From assembly GCA_963664705.1 (NCBI GenBank), contig OY761556.1:1824001-1888000 (forward strand): a stretch of DNA of 64,000 bases, read 5' to 3'. The notes under the pieces are model-generated. The model saw only the letters and a program-made list of their open reading frames with translations, was not told the DNA's origin and did no database searches. Below are positions 1 to 9,210 of the stretch, piece by piece. The translations under genes and the position numbers were made by a program. The stretch comes from Acidobacteriota bacterium (GTDB lineage Bacteria; Acidobacteriota; UBA6911). The stretch's first letter is position 1, and the number at the start of each line of letters is the position of its first letter.

Positions 1-472
1 CCCCTTTTGAGGCAATATAGTGGGGCAGACCCGCAACACCCTCAAAGACGGTGGCTGAAGCGATATTGATAATCTTCCCGCCTTTTTCCTTCATATAGGG
101 GAAGACTGCCTTGATGCAGTGAAAGGGACCGAGTGCGTTGGTATCCATGATGTCTTTCCACTCTTCCGTTGAAACCTCCCAGAAGGGCTTGATTTGTACC
201 AGCACTCCGGCGTCATTGAGCAGGATGTCGATAGCTCCGAACTTGTCCACGGCCGCTTGCGCCAGAGCATTGCATTGCTCCTGGAAACGGACATCAGTCT
301 TCACATAGAGAGCCTGGCCCCCAGCCTTTTCGATTGTACGCACCGTATTTTGTCCGTCACGAATGTCTCCAATGACGACTTTGGCTCCTTCTTTTGCAAA
401 ACCCTCGGCAAAGGCGGCGCCGAGTCCCCGGGCTGCTCCGGTGACAATTGCAACTTTATTTTTCAATCTCAT
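1..472 (-). CDS. SDR family NAD(P)-dependent oxidoreductase, truncated at window start
   Basis: Not in the ORF track. Read manually from ATG at 472: MRLKNKVAIVTGAARGLG (TGxxxGxG), and PHYIASKG (YxxxK) at the window edge; GGGAGG RBS upstream. Confidence 0.9.
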   Translation of the reverse strand, partial: MRLKNKVAIVTGAARGLGAAFAEGFAKEGAKVVIGDIRDGQNTVRTIEKAGGQALYVKTDVRFQEQCNALAQAAVDKFGAIDILLNDAGVLVQIKPFWEVSTEEWKDIMDTNALGPFHCIKAVFPYMKEKGGKIINIASATVFEGVAGLPHYIASKG

Positions 473-595
473 CGCAATCCCCTCCCATCCAGATGAATGC
501 TTCAAGCCAAACGTATATGGAAATTTGCCAGAACGCGATTTTATAGCGGAATGAAGGATTCCAAGAAGAAAATAAATGCAGATATAGGCAGGCCG

Positions 596-1654
596 CTAGG
601 GCTCATTCAGAGCAATTTGGTAGGCGTGGATCAGACCATCCGCTTCGTTTTCGGGGCTTGCGAGTTTCAATGCACGCTGGCATGCGGCTTCCGCGAGCGT
701 TTTGCGGATCTCCGCATCATCGATCAGGCGCACAGCTTTTTCGACAAAATCTGCCGGAGAGTGCAGATCGAAATAACATCCCGAATTGTCTATGCCATCC
801 TCTTGGAAAAAGGGATGTCTGTTTCCAGGGATATCGGAGGCAAGAAAAGGCTTTCCGGCTACCATGGCTTCCAGCAGGGAATTAGAAAGCCCTTCCGACA
901 GCGATGCATTGAGCACAATATCCGAGGAGGCATACGCGGCATGCATTCGTGCAGGTGGAATGGCCCCTAACCAGAATGCAAATGCAGACTGGCGCTTGAT
1001 TTCAGATTCAAATTGCAGGGCATAGGCATTATCGATAGCCGGACCGGCCGCCACGAATCTCGTTTGCGGTCTTAATGAATGCACTGTCACCATGGATTGC
1101 AGGCATTCCACATTGCGCTTGACCGGGCGGATCCCCGCCGGCAGGAAGAAGAGAATGGTATCCGGCGCGCAATGGATGTGTTCGCGAAGATCAAGCGGCT
1201 CAGCGCCGAACCAACTGCAAGCTTTCGGGACAGAAATGAGCTTCGGGGACACCTCGGGAACAAAATCCCTGATCTTCTGCATGATTTCGGGGCTTTGACC
1301 CACAATCACCCGTGCCATTCGCATGATCTGAAGGATGCTTTCATGCTTTGCCGGACTCTCCAGATCCAGATTAATGTCCGTTCCACCAGGAGACAAAACG
1401 AGCGGGAGAGAGCATTTCGTTTTTTCCCAAAACCGCAGAAATAGAGCACCCGCCTTGAATGCATGGTAAACATGAATGAGATCCGGATGAAAACTTTGAA
1501 AGCTTTGCTCCAAGGACGCTAGATCTGATGCATGCGCGGAAACAATCTGAATATCGAGGCCTCGGCCTGTCAGCGACCGTCGCCAGCGCTCCGTGGTGAT
1601 GGCATTGCCGGTCAGGCTTGGAAAAGCAGAGGGCGTAATCAGCAGAATCCTCAT
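596..1654 (-). CDS. GT-B fold family 4 glycosyltransferase (GLT1D1/SenB-like N-terminus)
   Basis: SEGLSNSLLEAM (EX7E), ASDIPGN, GIRPVK, N-terminal TGNAITTERW and GGTD; ATGA overlap with the upstream gene. Confidence 0.9.
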   Translation of the reverse strand: MRILLITPSAFPSLTGNAITTERWRRSLTGRGLDIQIVSAHASDLASLEQSFQSFHPDLIHVYHAFKAGALFLRFWEKTKCSLPLVLSPGGTDINLDLESPAKHESILQIMRMARVIVGQSPEIMQKIRDFVPEVSPKLISVPKACSWFGAEPLDLREHIHCAPDTILFFLPAGIRPVKRNVECLQSMVTVHSLRPQTRFVAAGPAIDNAYALQFESEIKRQSAFAFWLGAIPPARMHAAYASSDIVLNASLSEGLSNSLLEAMVAGKPFLASDIPGNRHPFFQEDGIDNSGCYFDLHSPADFVEKAVRLIDDAEIRKTLAEAACQRALKLASPENEADGLIHAYQIALNEP

Positions 1655-2517
1655 CGGGAAATCGGTGCCTCTGGAAATGGTGTAAGTTCGACGCCGGTTT
1701 CTATTATAGCCCTTAAAAATGAGCCATCGGACAATGCTTTCAGTTCTCTTTCTCTATCAAAAGTGGAAAAGGTCGAAAAAGGGCCGCGAGTGGAATTCTC
1801 CGCATGTCCGGGGTGCACCATCATTTCCGTTAATCCGGGAGAGAGATCCCGGAGGAACTCTGACCAGCTTTCCCCTGGAAGCCTTCCCTTAAAAAAGAGC
1901 CCGCAAAAATGATCCGGAGCCCAAAGACCGGATTCCCGTATCCTGTGCCGAGCAGCCTTTGCATGGCGGCTGAACATGAGCGCCTCGTCGAGTTCCAAAG
2001 GAGAAAGATCCCGGATTTTGCTGGGAGTGGGTTCTTCATCCGCAATGCGAAGCCATGCAATGCCATGTGCCTTGGCTTCCACCAAAACAATTTCAAGAGC
2101 CGCAGGGAAAAAGTGCAGGTGCTGATGTCCGTCGAGATGGTCTGCCCGGATGCCATGATCCCTGAGCCTGGCAATCTGCGCCCGAAGCTCGGTTCGTATT
2201 TCAACTCCAACTTCCGCGCTGCCAGTATTTTGCAGTACCTGCTGGGCTCCCTTTTTCCCCAGGAAACACCCATCCGGTCCTGTCAGATGTTTGAGTCCGG
2301 GTGTAAGAGGCCTGCCTTCTGAAAGATTGAGATGAAGGCCGATCGAAATGGGATGCAATCGCGAAGACTTGATGCCGTCAAGAGCGTCTTCAAAGGCCGG
2401 TCCATTCGTGAGAATGCTGATGCTGGTAATAGTTCCGCACTTGATGGCGGCGATAATTCCCGCATTTCTGGCTTCATCGGCTCCAAGATCATCTGCATTT
2501 ACGATAAGGCGTCTCAT
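1651..2517 (-). CDS. YdjC/ChbG/HpnK family carbohydrate deacetylase
   Basis: LIVNADDLG, GLHLNL, HLDGHQHLH and EMMVHPG motifs. Confidence 0.93.
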   Translation of the reverse strand: MRRLIVNADDLGADEARNAGIIAAIKCGTITSISILTNGPAFEDALDGIKSSRLHPISIGLHLNLSEGRPLTPGLKHLTGPDGCFLGKKGAQQVLQNTGSAEVGVEIRTELRAQIARLRDHGIRADHLDGHQHLHFFPAALEIVLVEAKAHGIAWLRIADEEPTPSKIRDLSPLELDEALMFSRHAKAARHRIRESGLWAPDHFCGLFFKGRLPGESWSEFLRDLSPGLTEMMVHPGHAENSTRGPFSTFSTFDRERELKALSDGSFLRAIIETGVELTPFPEAPISR

Positions 2518-4184
2518 ATACCTGCAAGCCCCGCAGCGCGAAAAAAGTGATTGTAAAAACAGCCTTGTTCGCTCTTCATTTCCACGAACTCCGAAATCCC
2601 CGAGAGGCGAAGGGCCTGCAAATACGCGTAAAGTCCATCATCAAGAGCATCATACTCTGCTTTGGTAAACGGGCGCTCGGTTCTGAGCACAAGGCTTACT
2701 TGCTTAAAGGCATTTCCCAACCGTTCCCGGATTTGATGGGGATTGGCAAGGGAAATGGCGAGAAGCCATAGTCTTCCGGATTCTGCTTTCAGAAATCGGG
2801 GGGCCTGTTCAATGATACTGGAAAGGTGGTTTGTTCCATCGGTGCCCCCATATTTGGGCCCAAATGGGCGAAATCCAGGTGTTTGCGGCGGTGTTGCCAG
2901 GATGACGTCAAACAGGGTTGCGTTGCCGGACGATGCGCTTGCACTCAGAGCATCAAACCAGGAGCCGGCACAGAACTCAATACGGTCGGCCACTCCATTG
3001 CGGTGCGCGTTATCCATGGCGGATTCCAGCGCTTCGGAATCAAGATCGGTGGCGACAACGCGACGGGCTCCCATTTTGGCCGCAGCGATGGCAAGCAGTC
3101 CGGAACCACATCCAAGATCGAGAACTTCGTCACCGGGATGGACGTCAAGAATGCGGGCCAACTCAATCGTTGATTCCGGTGGAGGATGCACTCCCTGCGG
3201 TATTACCAGTTCTATGCTGCCCGCGGGAATGGCTACCTCCACAATGCTCTTTTTCGGGACCTGAAGGCCGCAATAGCGACGCTGGGCGGCTGTCAACATC
3301 TGCTCCACCAGTCCGGGATAGCTGACCCCCGCCCATTGAGCGGAGGTAGCCAGGGCCTCCATGGGCTCGAGGCTGGGAGTTGTATTCGCTTCTAAAAAAA
3401 ATGGGCAACCTTCCGTCGATAGCCGCAGATCAAACCTGGCGTAATCCTGAAGCCCCAAGGCGAAGAATGCTTTTTTTGCAAAATCTTTTAGCTGGGCATC
3501 CAGTTTGCCGCCGAGATCGGCGGGGGCGCATTTATGAGCTTCATGGGTAGCCTCCATGAGTTTGAAATCCTCACTCAGAATTTCCGTTCCGACTTGCCAT
3601 TCGAGAATCGGAAATACTTCAAGGTGGCTTGAATTTCCTACCAGGGAAATTGCCAATTCGCGCCCGGGAATGAACGACTCGACGAGAATGGGCTGCTTGA
3701 GGAGTTCAAACTGGCGTGCAACTTCTGCGTATGCCTCCGGCACTGAATGGATCAGGCGAACCCCACGGCTCATGTGTTCAAACGCGGGTTTGATGATAAG
3801 GGGAGGGCGCAGCCACTCCGGGATTTGCCATTCCTTCGACTGAATGACAATGCCGGGAGGGGTGGGAATCCCTGCCTGCGATAGGACACGCTTGGATGCA
3901 GCTTTGTTATCGGCGATAAGACAGGATTTTGCAGAGGACCCTACAATGCGCGCCATACAGCTTTCAAGCAACAGGCGCACAAACGGTCGATATAGGCCGC
4001 GTCCCAGGTAGGTATCGGTATGATCGATGATGAAGTCGCATTCATGAGCAAGTAAAGACGCCTGCAACTCAATAGCGTTGGAGTCTGTGGTGAGGATTTC
4101 ATGCCCAAGCTCTTGCAGGCCAAGGGAAACGGATTCGGCGCATTGGCAGGGAGAGCCGACGGTATGAACAATTCCTATTTTCAT
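2514..4184 (-). CDS. D-Ala-D-Ala ligase-like ATP-grasp enzyme fused to a class I SAM-dependent methyltransferase
   Basis: N-terminal part: IIKP, VESFIPGRE, YARFD, LEANTTP. C-terminal part: VLDLGCGSG, ATD, DVILATPPQ. Confidence 0.88.
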   Translation of the reverse strand: MKIGIVHTVGSPCQCAESVSLGLQELGHEILTTDSNAIELQASLLAHECDFIIDHTDTYLGRGLYRPFVRLLLESCMARIVGSSAKSCLIADNKAASKRVLSQAGIPTPPGIVIQSKEWQIPEWLRPPLIIKPAFEHMSRGVRLIHSVPEAYAEVARQFELLKQPILVESFIPGRELAISLVGNSSHLEVFPILEWQVGTEILSEDFKLMEATHEAHKCAPADLGGKLDAQLKDFAKKAFFALGLQDYARFDLRLSTEGCPFFLEANTTPSLEPMEALATSAQWAGVSYPGLVEQMLTAAQRRYCGLQVPKKSIVEVAIPAGSIELVIPQGVHPPPESTIELARILDVHPGDEVLDLGCGSGLLAIAAAKMGARRVVATDLDSEALESAMDNAHRNGVADRIEFCAGSWFDALSASASSGNATLFDVILATPPQTPGFRPFGPKYGGTDGTNHLSSIIEQAPRFLKAESGRLWLLAISLANPHQIRERLGNAFKQVSLVLRTERPFTKAEYDALDDGLYAYLQALRLSGISEFVEMKSEQGCFYNHFFRAAGLAGI

Positions 4185-4420
4185 GCATATTCCTGGTGAA
4201 ATGGGGGATTGGGTCCGGTTGGCGTTCAGATCTATTCATCAATGGCGGGGCGGAACATATAGGCTTGCGCCAGCCAGTCGGCTACCTTTTCCAATTACGC
4301 TACGGTCCGTGCGTCAAATGCAACTGGCATTTAAATCGACATCTCCTCCGCATCCCGCAGAATCATACCGCCGGCGGCGCAGAGAGCACAAGGAATCGCA
4401 GAACAGAAAGACGCGGCGTC

Positions 4421-4804
4421 TTAAGCTCCCGTCATTTCCAGCGCGGTGCGAAGCAGCACTTCCGGCTTGACGGGCTTGTCCAACCAACGGTCGTGCGCGA
4501 AAAAGGTCGGGTCAATTTGGGAGCGGTAGTCATAGACATCGTTGACGCTCGTCATCATGACGACCGGAATTTGTTTGGTCTGAGGGGATTCCTTGAGTTT
4601 GCGAAGGCAATCGAGTCCGTCACTGATGTGTGACATAATGACATCCATAAGGATTAGGTCGGGGAGATTGGATTCGACAAGTTGAAGACAATCATTTCCG
4701 GAAAAGCCTGTCTTCACATTGAAATAGGGCGTCAGTACCGAAGTAGCGAACTCGACGATATCCGGATCATCATCGATTACAAATACTGTTTTGGGCTCAC
4801 GCAT
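4421..4804 (-). CDS. Single-domain response regulator receiver
   Basis: VIDDD, ILMDVIM, MMTS, DKPV. Confidence 0.9.
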   Translation of the reverse strand: MREPKTVFVIDDDPDIVEFATSVLTPYFNVKTGFSGNDCLQLVESNLPDLILMDVIMSHISDGLDCLRKLKESPQTKQIPVVMMTSVNDVYDYRSQIDPTFFAHDRWLDKPVKPEVLLRTALEMTGA

Positions 4805-5031
4805 CTAGACCTCCTGCCAGTTGAGTCCCCTTATAGGTTATTCCGTTCTGAGGAACAAGCGAAAAGCGTTGCGGGAAATGAAGGATATTGAGTGTTTTTG
4901 AAAGCCGGGCCAGAGTATGCTATGGAGGTAGAAGCCAAAAAAGCCCACGAAATTGAAATTCCTGTGAACTTTTAGCCGGCTCATTTTGTATATAGCTTGT
5001 GGAACATACACTCCTAATGAGGTCTGGAAAC

Positions 5032-5982
5032 ATGAGAATTCAATATTTTCAGCCGCTTTCCCGTGGTATTGAGAGGATGAAGAAGGATCTGTTCAAGCCG
5101 TTCGATTTAGGAAAGTGGTTTGTGATCGGATTTACCGCCTTCCTTGCCGGCTTTGGCGAGATGCGGTCTTCAGGAATCCCGAACTCCGGCTTTAGAAGGA
5201 GGTCCAACATAGGCGTTGAGGATGTGCTTTATTTCCCGCGAAAGGCTTGGGAATGGCTTGCCGGGCATCCCGGATGGGCAATGCTGATCTGCATTGGGCT
5301 TTGTCTGCTTTTTGTGATCGGGCTGATTTTCGCCTGGCTGAGTTCCCGGGGGAAATTCATGTTTCTTGACAATGTAGTGAGGAGCCAGGCTAAGGTTTCA
5401 GAATCGTGGCGTGAGTATAAAAGGGAAGGCAACTCGTTTTTCCTATGGAGCTTTGCATTGGGGCTGATTGTTCTGGCCACCATTATTGCCTATGTTACGT
5501 ACTGCTTCATGAGCTTTCAGGCTCTCTATGAAAAGACGGGTTCCAGCCAAGCCCTTCTTTTCCCGGCCATCCTCGCCGGTGCGGGCTTTATCGCAATAGC
5601 CATTCTGGGCAACTTTTTCAGCGTTTTACTCCGGGACTTTATCGTTCCGATCATGTACAGGGATCGCATTTCCACAATCGAAGCCATCCAGAAATTCAGC
5701 GTTCTTTTTTCGTCGTACTTTATCTATTTCCTGGGATATGCGCTATTTCTGCTGGCGTTGTGGGTTGCCGTCACGATGAGTGTAGTGGTTATAGGCTGCG
5801 CGACCTGCTGCATTGGCTTTATTATTCTGATGATTCCCTATATCAACGCTGTCGTACTGTTGCCAATCACCTATGCGATTCGGGCATTCAGCCTGGAATT
5901 TCTGGAGCAATTCGGCCCGGGATATGACATTTTTCCAAAACCGGAACTAAATCCGCCGGACGGGCAGACATTAGCGGTGTAA
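5032..5982 (+). CDS. Hypothetical multi-pass membrane protein
   Basis: Several hydrophobic helices; ATG at 5032 preferred over GTG at 4999. Confidence 0.75.
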   Translation: MRIQYFQPLSRGIERMKKDLFKPFDLGKWFVIGFTAFLAGFGEMRSSGIPNSGFRRRSNIGVEDVLYFPRKAWEWLAGHPGWAMLICIGLCLLFVIGLIFAWLSSRGKFMFLDNVVRSQAKVSESWREYKREGNSFFLWSFALGLIVLATIIAYVTYCFMSFQALYEKTGSSQALLFPAILAGAGFIAIAILGNFFSVLLRDFIVPIMYRDRISTIEAIQKFSVLFSSYFIYFLGYALFLLALWVAVTMSVVVIGCATCCIGFIILMIPYINAVVLLPITYAIRAFSLEFLEQFGPGYDIFPKPELNPPDGQTLAV

Positions 5983-5986
5983 CGGA

Positions 5987-6400
5987 ATGCGGTTCATTTC
6001 CTCCGTTCCTGTTTCATCCAGACGCCGGCAATTGATGGGCATCCTGGCAGCCGGGATGCTGGCGGCAGGGGCATTGCTGTTTGCGATCCCTCCCCCACGT
6101 CTGCCATTGCCTGAATGTACCTTTCGTCTGATAACCGGTCACAGTTGCCTTACCTGCGGGATGACTCGCTCCCTGCACGCGATATTGCACGGAGAATGGG
6201 TGGCGTCGATGCAATTTCATCTGTTTGGGCCCGCCGTAGGCATCGCTATGCTGATTGGCTTTGTGGCTTTTTGCGCGGAAATGATTCGCGGAAGGAAAAT
6301 TATAGTCCAGATCGACCGAACTGTCAGAAAGCAGGTTGTGGTCCTTTTTACCGCCAGTTGGTTGTTGTATTGGGGCATTCGCCTCTTTTCCGAATTCTGA
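5987..6400 (+). CDS. DUF2752-like small membrane protein
   Basis: CTFRLITGHSCLTCGMTRS matches the CxF..TG..CxxCGMTR pattern; three hydrophobic segments. Confidence 0.8.
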   Translation: MRFISSVPVSSRRRQLMGILAAGMLAAGALLFAIPPPRLPLPECTFRLITGHSCLTCGMTRSLHAILHGEWVASMQFHLFGPAVGIAMLIGFVAFCAEMIRGRKIIVQIDRTVRKQVVVLFTASWLLYWGIRLFSEF

Positions 6401-6405
6401 GGGCC

Positions 6406-6438
6406 TACCGGGAACGCTCCCAGCAGGCGTTCCCGGTA
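6406..6438. terminator. Perfect 12-bp stem-loop, possible terminator
   Basis: taccgggaacgc ... gcgttcccggta just after the stop codon; no clear U-tract. Confidence 0.5.
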
Positions 6439-6537
6439 ATCGCCTCTCAATTGTTTGCCGCAGTGCAAAGTACCCACCGAATCTGGTATCTTTCAGCGTA
6501 CTTTTTTATGAGATTTATATAGCGAAAGGCCGGCACC

Positions 6538-8175
6538 ATGCACATGTTTTGCTACCAATGTCAGGAAACGGGGATGGAACGCGGCTGCCTATATTTTGGC
6601 GCCTGCGGGAAAACCGAGGAAACCGCAAATCTGCAGGATCTTCTGCTTCATGTTGTGCGCGGAATTGCGTTTTGGGCTGAGGACGGATTGTCCGAAGGGA
6701 AGGTAGATCGGGAAGTTGGCCTGTTCATATGCAAGGCACTTTTTTCTACTGTTACCAACACCAACTTTGATGCCGCTCGATTCGTCACGATGATACGGGA
6801 AGGGATCGAACTGAGGAATCGCGTGCGCGGCATTCACAACCGGATGCCGGCTGATTTGATCCCCGATTCCGCGGCCTGGGAATCGGATGATGCGGAGGCC
6901 ATTCAACGCAAGTCTCTTTCGATTGACATTCGCAGCCAGAAGGATACGGACTTGCGCTCGATGCAGGAGCTTACGATCTATGGACTGAAGGGGGCCGGGG
7001 CTTTTGCTTTGCATGCAGCGGCACTTGGCTTCCATGACGATTCCATCTTTGAATTCATGATCCGGGCATTCGCGGCCATGAATCGCGAGCAAAGCGAAGC
7101 GCAGCTGGAAGATGCGGCCATCGGAGCGGGAAAAGTCATGATTGCTGCAATGGCGTTGCTCGATGAAGCAAATGTTCATACCTATGGCGTGCCCGAGATA
7201 ACGCAGATTCCGATTGGAGTCGGGAGTCGGCCGGGGATCCTGGTAACGGGACACGACCTCAAAGACCTCGAGGAACTACTCGAACAGAGCAAGGAAAAAG
7301 GGATCGATATTTATACGCACAGCGAAATGTGGGCGGCGCATCAATATCCTTTCTTCAAGAAGTACAAGCATCTCGCAGGTAACTACGGGAATGCCTGGTG
7401 GATGCAGGATGCCGAATTCGCAAGCTTTAACGGGCCAATCCTGGTTACATCCAACTGCATCATTCCGGTGGCTTCAGCCTACAAAGATCGGATTTATACG
7501 ACAGGAGTGGCTGGATATCCCGGTATTCCTCATATTGAGGAAGCGAAGGCCGGCTCCCCGAAGGATTTTTCCGCGCTGATCGAAATCGCTCAAAAATGTG
7601 CGCCTCCCGAAGCTCTGGATAAAGGCGAAATCACCGGCGGATTTTCACACTATGTTGTTGTTCCGCTCGCCAATACAATTCTGGATGCGGTGCGTGCCGG
7701 CAAAATAAAAAAATTCGTGGTTATGGGTGGGTGTGATGGACGCGATCAGCGGAGGGTATATTTCTCAGATCTCGCTCAGGCTCTGCCGAAAGATACTATT
7801 ATCCTTTCCGCGGGTTGCGCAAAATACCGATTCATCAAGATGCCGCTGGGATCCATTGATGGCATTCCGCGCGTGCTGGATGCCGGACAGTGTAACGACT
7901 GCTATTCGCTCGTGCGCATCGCCCTGGCGCTGCAGGAGGCGACCGGGGCGGCAAGTATCAACGATCTGCCGATAGCGCTGGATATTGCCTGGTACGATCA
8001 GAAAGCGGTAGGTGTCATTTTAGCCCTGGCAGCCCTGGGCGTAAAAGGAATACGCATCGGTCCCAGCCTGCCCGCGTTTCTGCAGACCGATGCCGGCCGT
8101 CGCTTCATGAATAAGTACGATATTTTCTGCACTCGGAGTGTGGAAGAGGATTTGGCGGCTATCGTCGGCGCATAA
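6538..8175 (+). CDS. hcp: Hybrid cluster protein (hydroxylamine/NO reductase), class I type
   Basis: MFCYQCQET..GC..GACGK (CX2CX8CX5C), GHDL, YTHSEM, TSNC, GGCDG, GCAKY, DAGQCND, WYDQKA. Confidence 0.96.
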   Translation: MHMFCYQCQETGMERGCLYFGACGKTEETANLQDLLLHVVRGIAFWAEDGLSEGKVDREVGLFICKALFSTVTNTNFDAARFVTMIREGIELRNRVRGIHNRMPADLIPDSAAWESDDAEAIQRKSLSIDIRSQKDTDLRSMQELTIYGLKGAGAFALHAAALGFHDDSIFEFMIRAFAAMNREQSEAQLEDAAIGAGKVMIAAMALLDEANVHTYGVPEITQIPIGVGSRPGILVTGHDLKDLEELLEQSKEKGIDIYTHSEMWAAHQYPFFKKYKHLAGNYGNAWWMQDAEFASFNGPILVTSNCIIPVASAYKDRIYTTGVAGYPGIPHIEEAKAGSPKDFSALIEIAQKCAPPEALDKGEITGGFSHYVVVPLANTILDAVRAGKIKKFVVMGGCDGRDQRRVYFSDLAQALPKDTIILSAGCAKYRFIKMPLGSIDGIPRVLDAGQCNDCYSLVRIALALQEATGAASINDLPIALDIAWYDQKAVGVILALAALGVKGIRIGPSLPAFLQTDAGRRFMNKYDIFCTRSVEEDLAAIVGA

Positions 8176-8223
8176 ATGAAATGGGACTTGTCGCTCGTTT
8201 TGTGGTGAGCCCCGCGAAAATTC

Positions 8224-9180
8224 TCAATGGACGGTGACCGGCAAACCAAGTCCTTCGAGCAGCTCCTTTAGTGAATCGATCCGGGCTTCCGACGGAGGCG
8301 TCGCCTCCAGGATTATCTTGGAGTCATCCAGCCTCTGGTATTTCATGATGCCAAGATTGTGATACGGAAGGAGCTGAACTACCGTAACGGCATTCCCCAG
8401 GGATTTGCAGAATTCGCCGGTTTCCCGGATGCTGTCCTCCGAATCGTTGAAGTCCGGAATGACTGGAATGCGGATCTGCATTTTGCCACCGGCCCCTGCA
8501 ATCCGTTGAGCATTTTCGAGGATCAGGTCATTCGGGACACCGGTAACAATCCTATGCTGCTCATTGTCCATGTGCTTCAGGTCGTATAAAAACAAATCCG
8601 TATAGGGCAGGACCGATTCGATGATGTCGTGGGCGGCATAGCCTGTGGTGTCGAGCGCGGTGTGAATGCCGCGGGCTTTAAGGCCTTTCAGGATTTCCAA
8701 TGTGAACTCCGGCTGGCAAAGTGGCTCTCCGCCGGAAACGGTGACGCCTCCACCGGATTGTTCGTAAAAGGGAATATCCTTGACCAGGCGTTTCAGAAGC
8801 TCTTCCACGGTATAATCCGTGCCGCAGACATAGAGGGCTTTGGAATAGCAGACGGAGGCACAGTCGCCGCAGTCTTCGCAAATAGACCGATTAATGCGAA
8901 CGTGCTGAATATCCTCCTGCGTCACCGCGTGCTTGGTGATGGCGCCGGGGCTGATTCCATGCTGACTGCACGCGGTTAGACATTTGCCGCAGCGAGCCAC
9001 GCCAATGCACCTCATGGAGATCCAGCTGAGCTGTGAATGGAATTGCTGGGACTCCGGACTGTGGCACCACGGGCAACGCAAGGGACAGCCCTTTAGAAAT
9101 ACGGTCGTCCGAATGCCGGGGCCATCCTGTAAAGAGAACCCCTGGATGTCATAGACCTTTCCGGTTAGTGAGTTTTCCAA
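8224..9180 (-). CDS. Glycyl-radical enzyme activase (radical SAM with ferredoxin insert)
   Basis: DGPGIRTTVFLKGCPLRCPWCHSPES, extra Cys clusters, SGGEP, LPYH. Confidence 0.96.
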   Translation of the reverse strand: MENSLTGKVYDIQGFSLQDGPGIRTTVFLKGCPLRCPWCHSPESQQFHSQLSWISMRCIGVARCGKCLTACSQHGISPGAITKHAVTQEDIQHVRINRSICEDCGDCASVCYSKALYVCGTDYTVEELLKRLVKDIPFYEQSGGGVTVSGGEPLCQPEFTLEILKGLKARGIHTALDTTGYAAHDIIESVLPYTDLFLYDLKHMDNEQHRIVTGVPNDLILENAQRIAGAGGKMQIRIPVIPDFNDSEDSIRETGEFCKSLGNAVTVVQLLPYHNLGIMKYQRLDDSKIILEATPPSEARIDSLKELLEGLGLPVTVH

Positions 9181-9210
9181 GATCCGATAGCCTCATTCCG
9201 CAGGAAAAAG

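Noticed and set aside
2514-4184. Calling the ATP-grasp protein ddl
   Set aside because: Canonical Ddl substrate motifs are missing and there is no mur/fts gene context.
4293-4349. Minus-strand GGAGGAG followed by mini-ORFs MSI and MPVAFDARTVA upstream of the ligase, as a possible precursor or leader peptide
   Set aside because: Very short, poor RBS spacing, and no RiPP-like features; likely chance.
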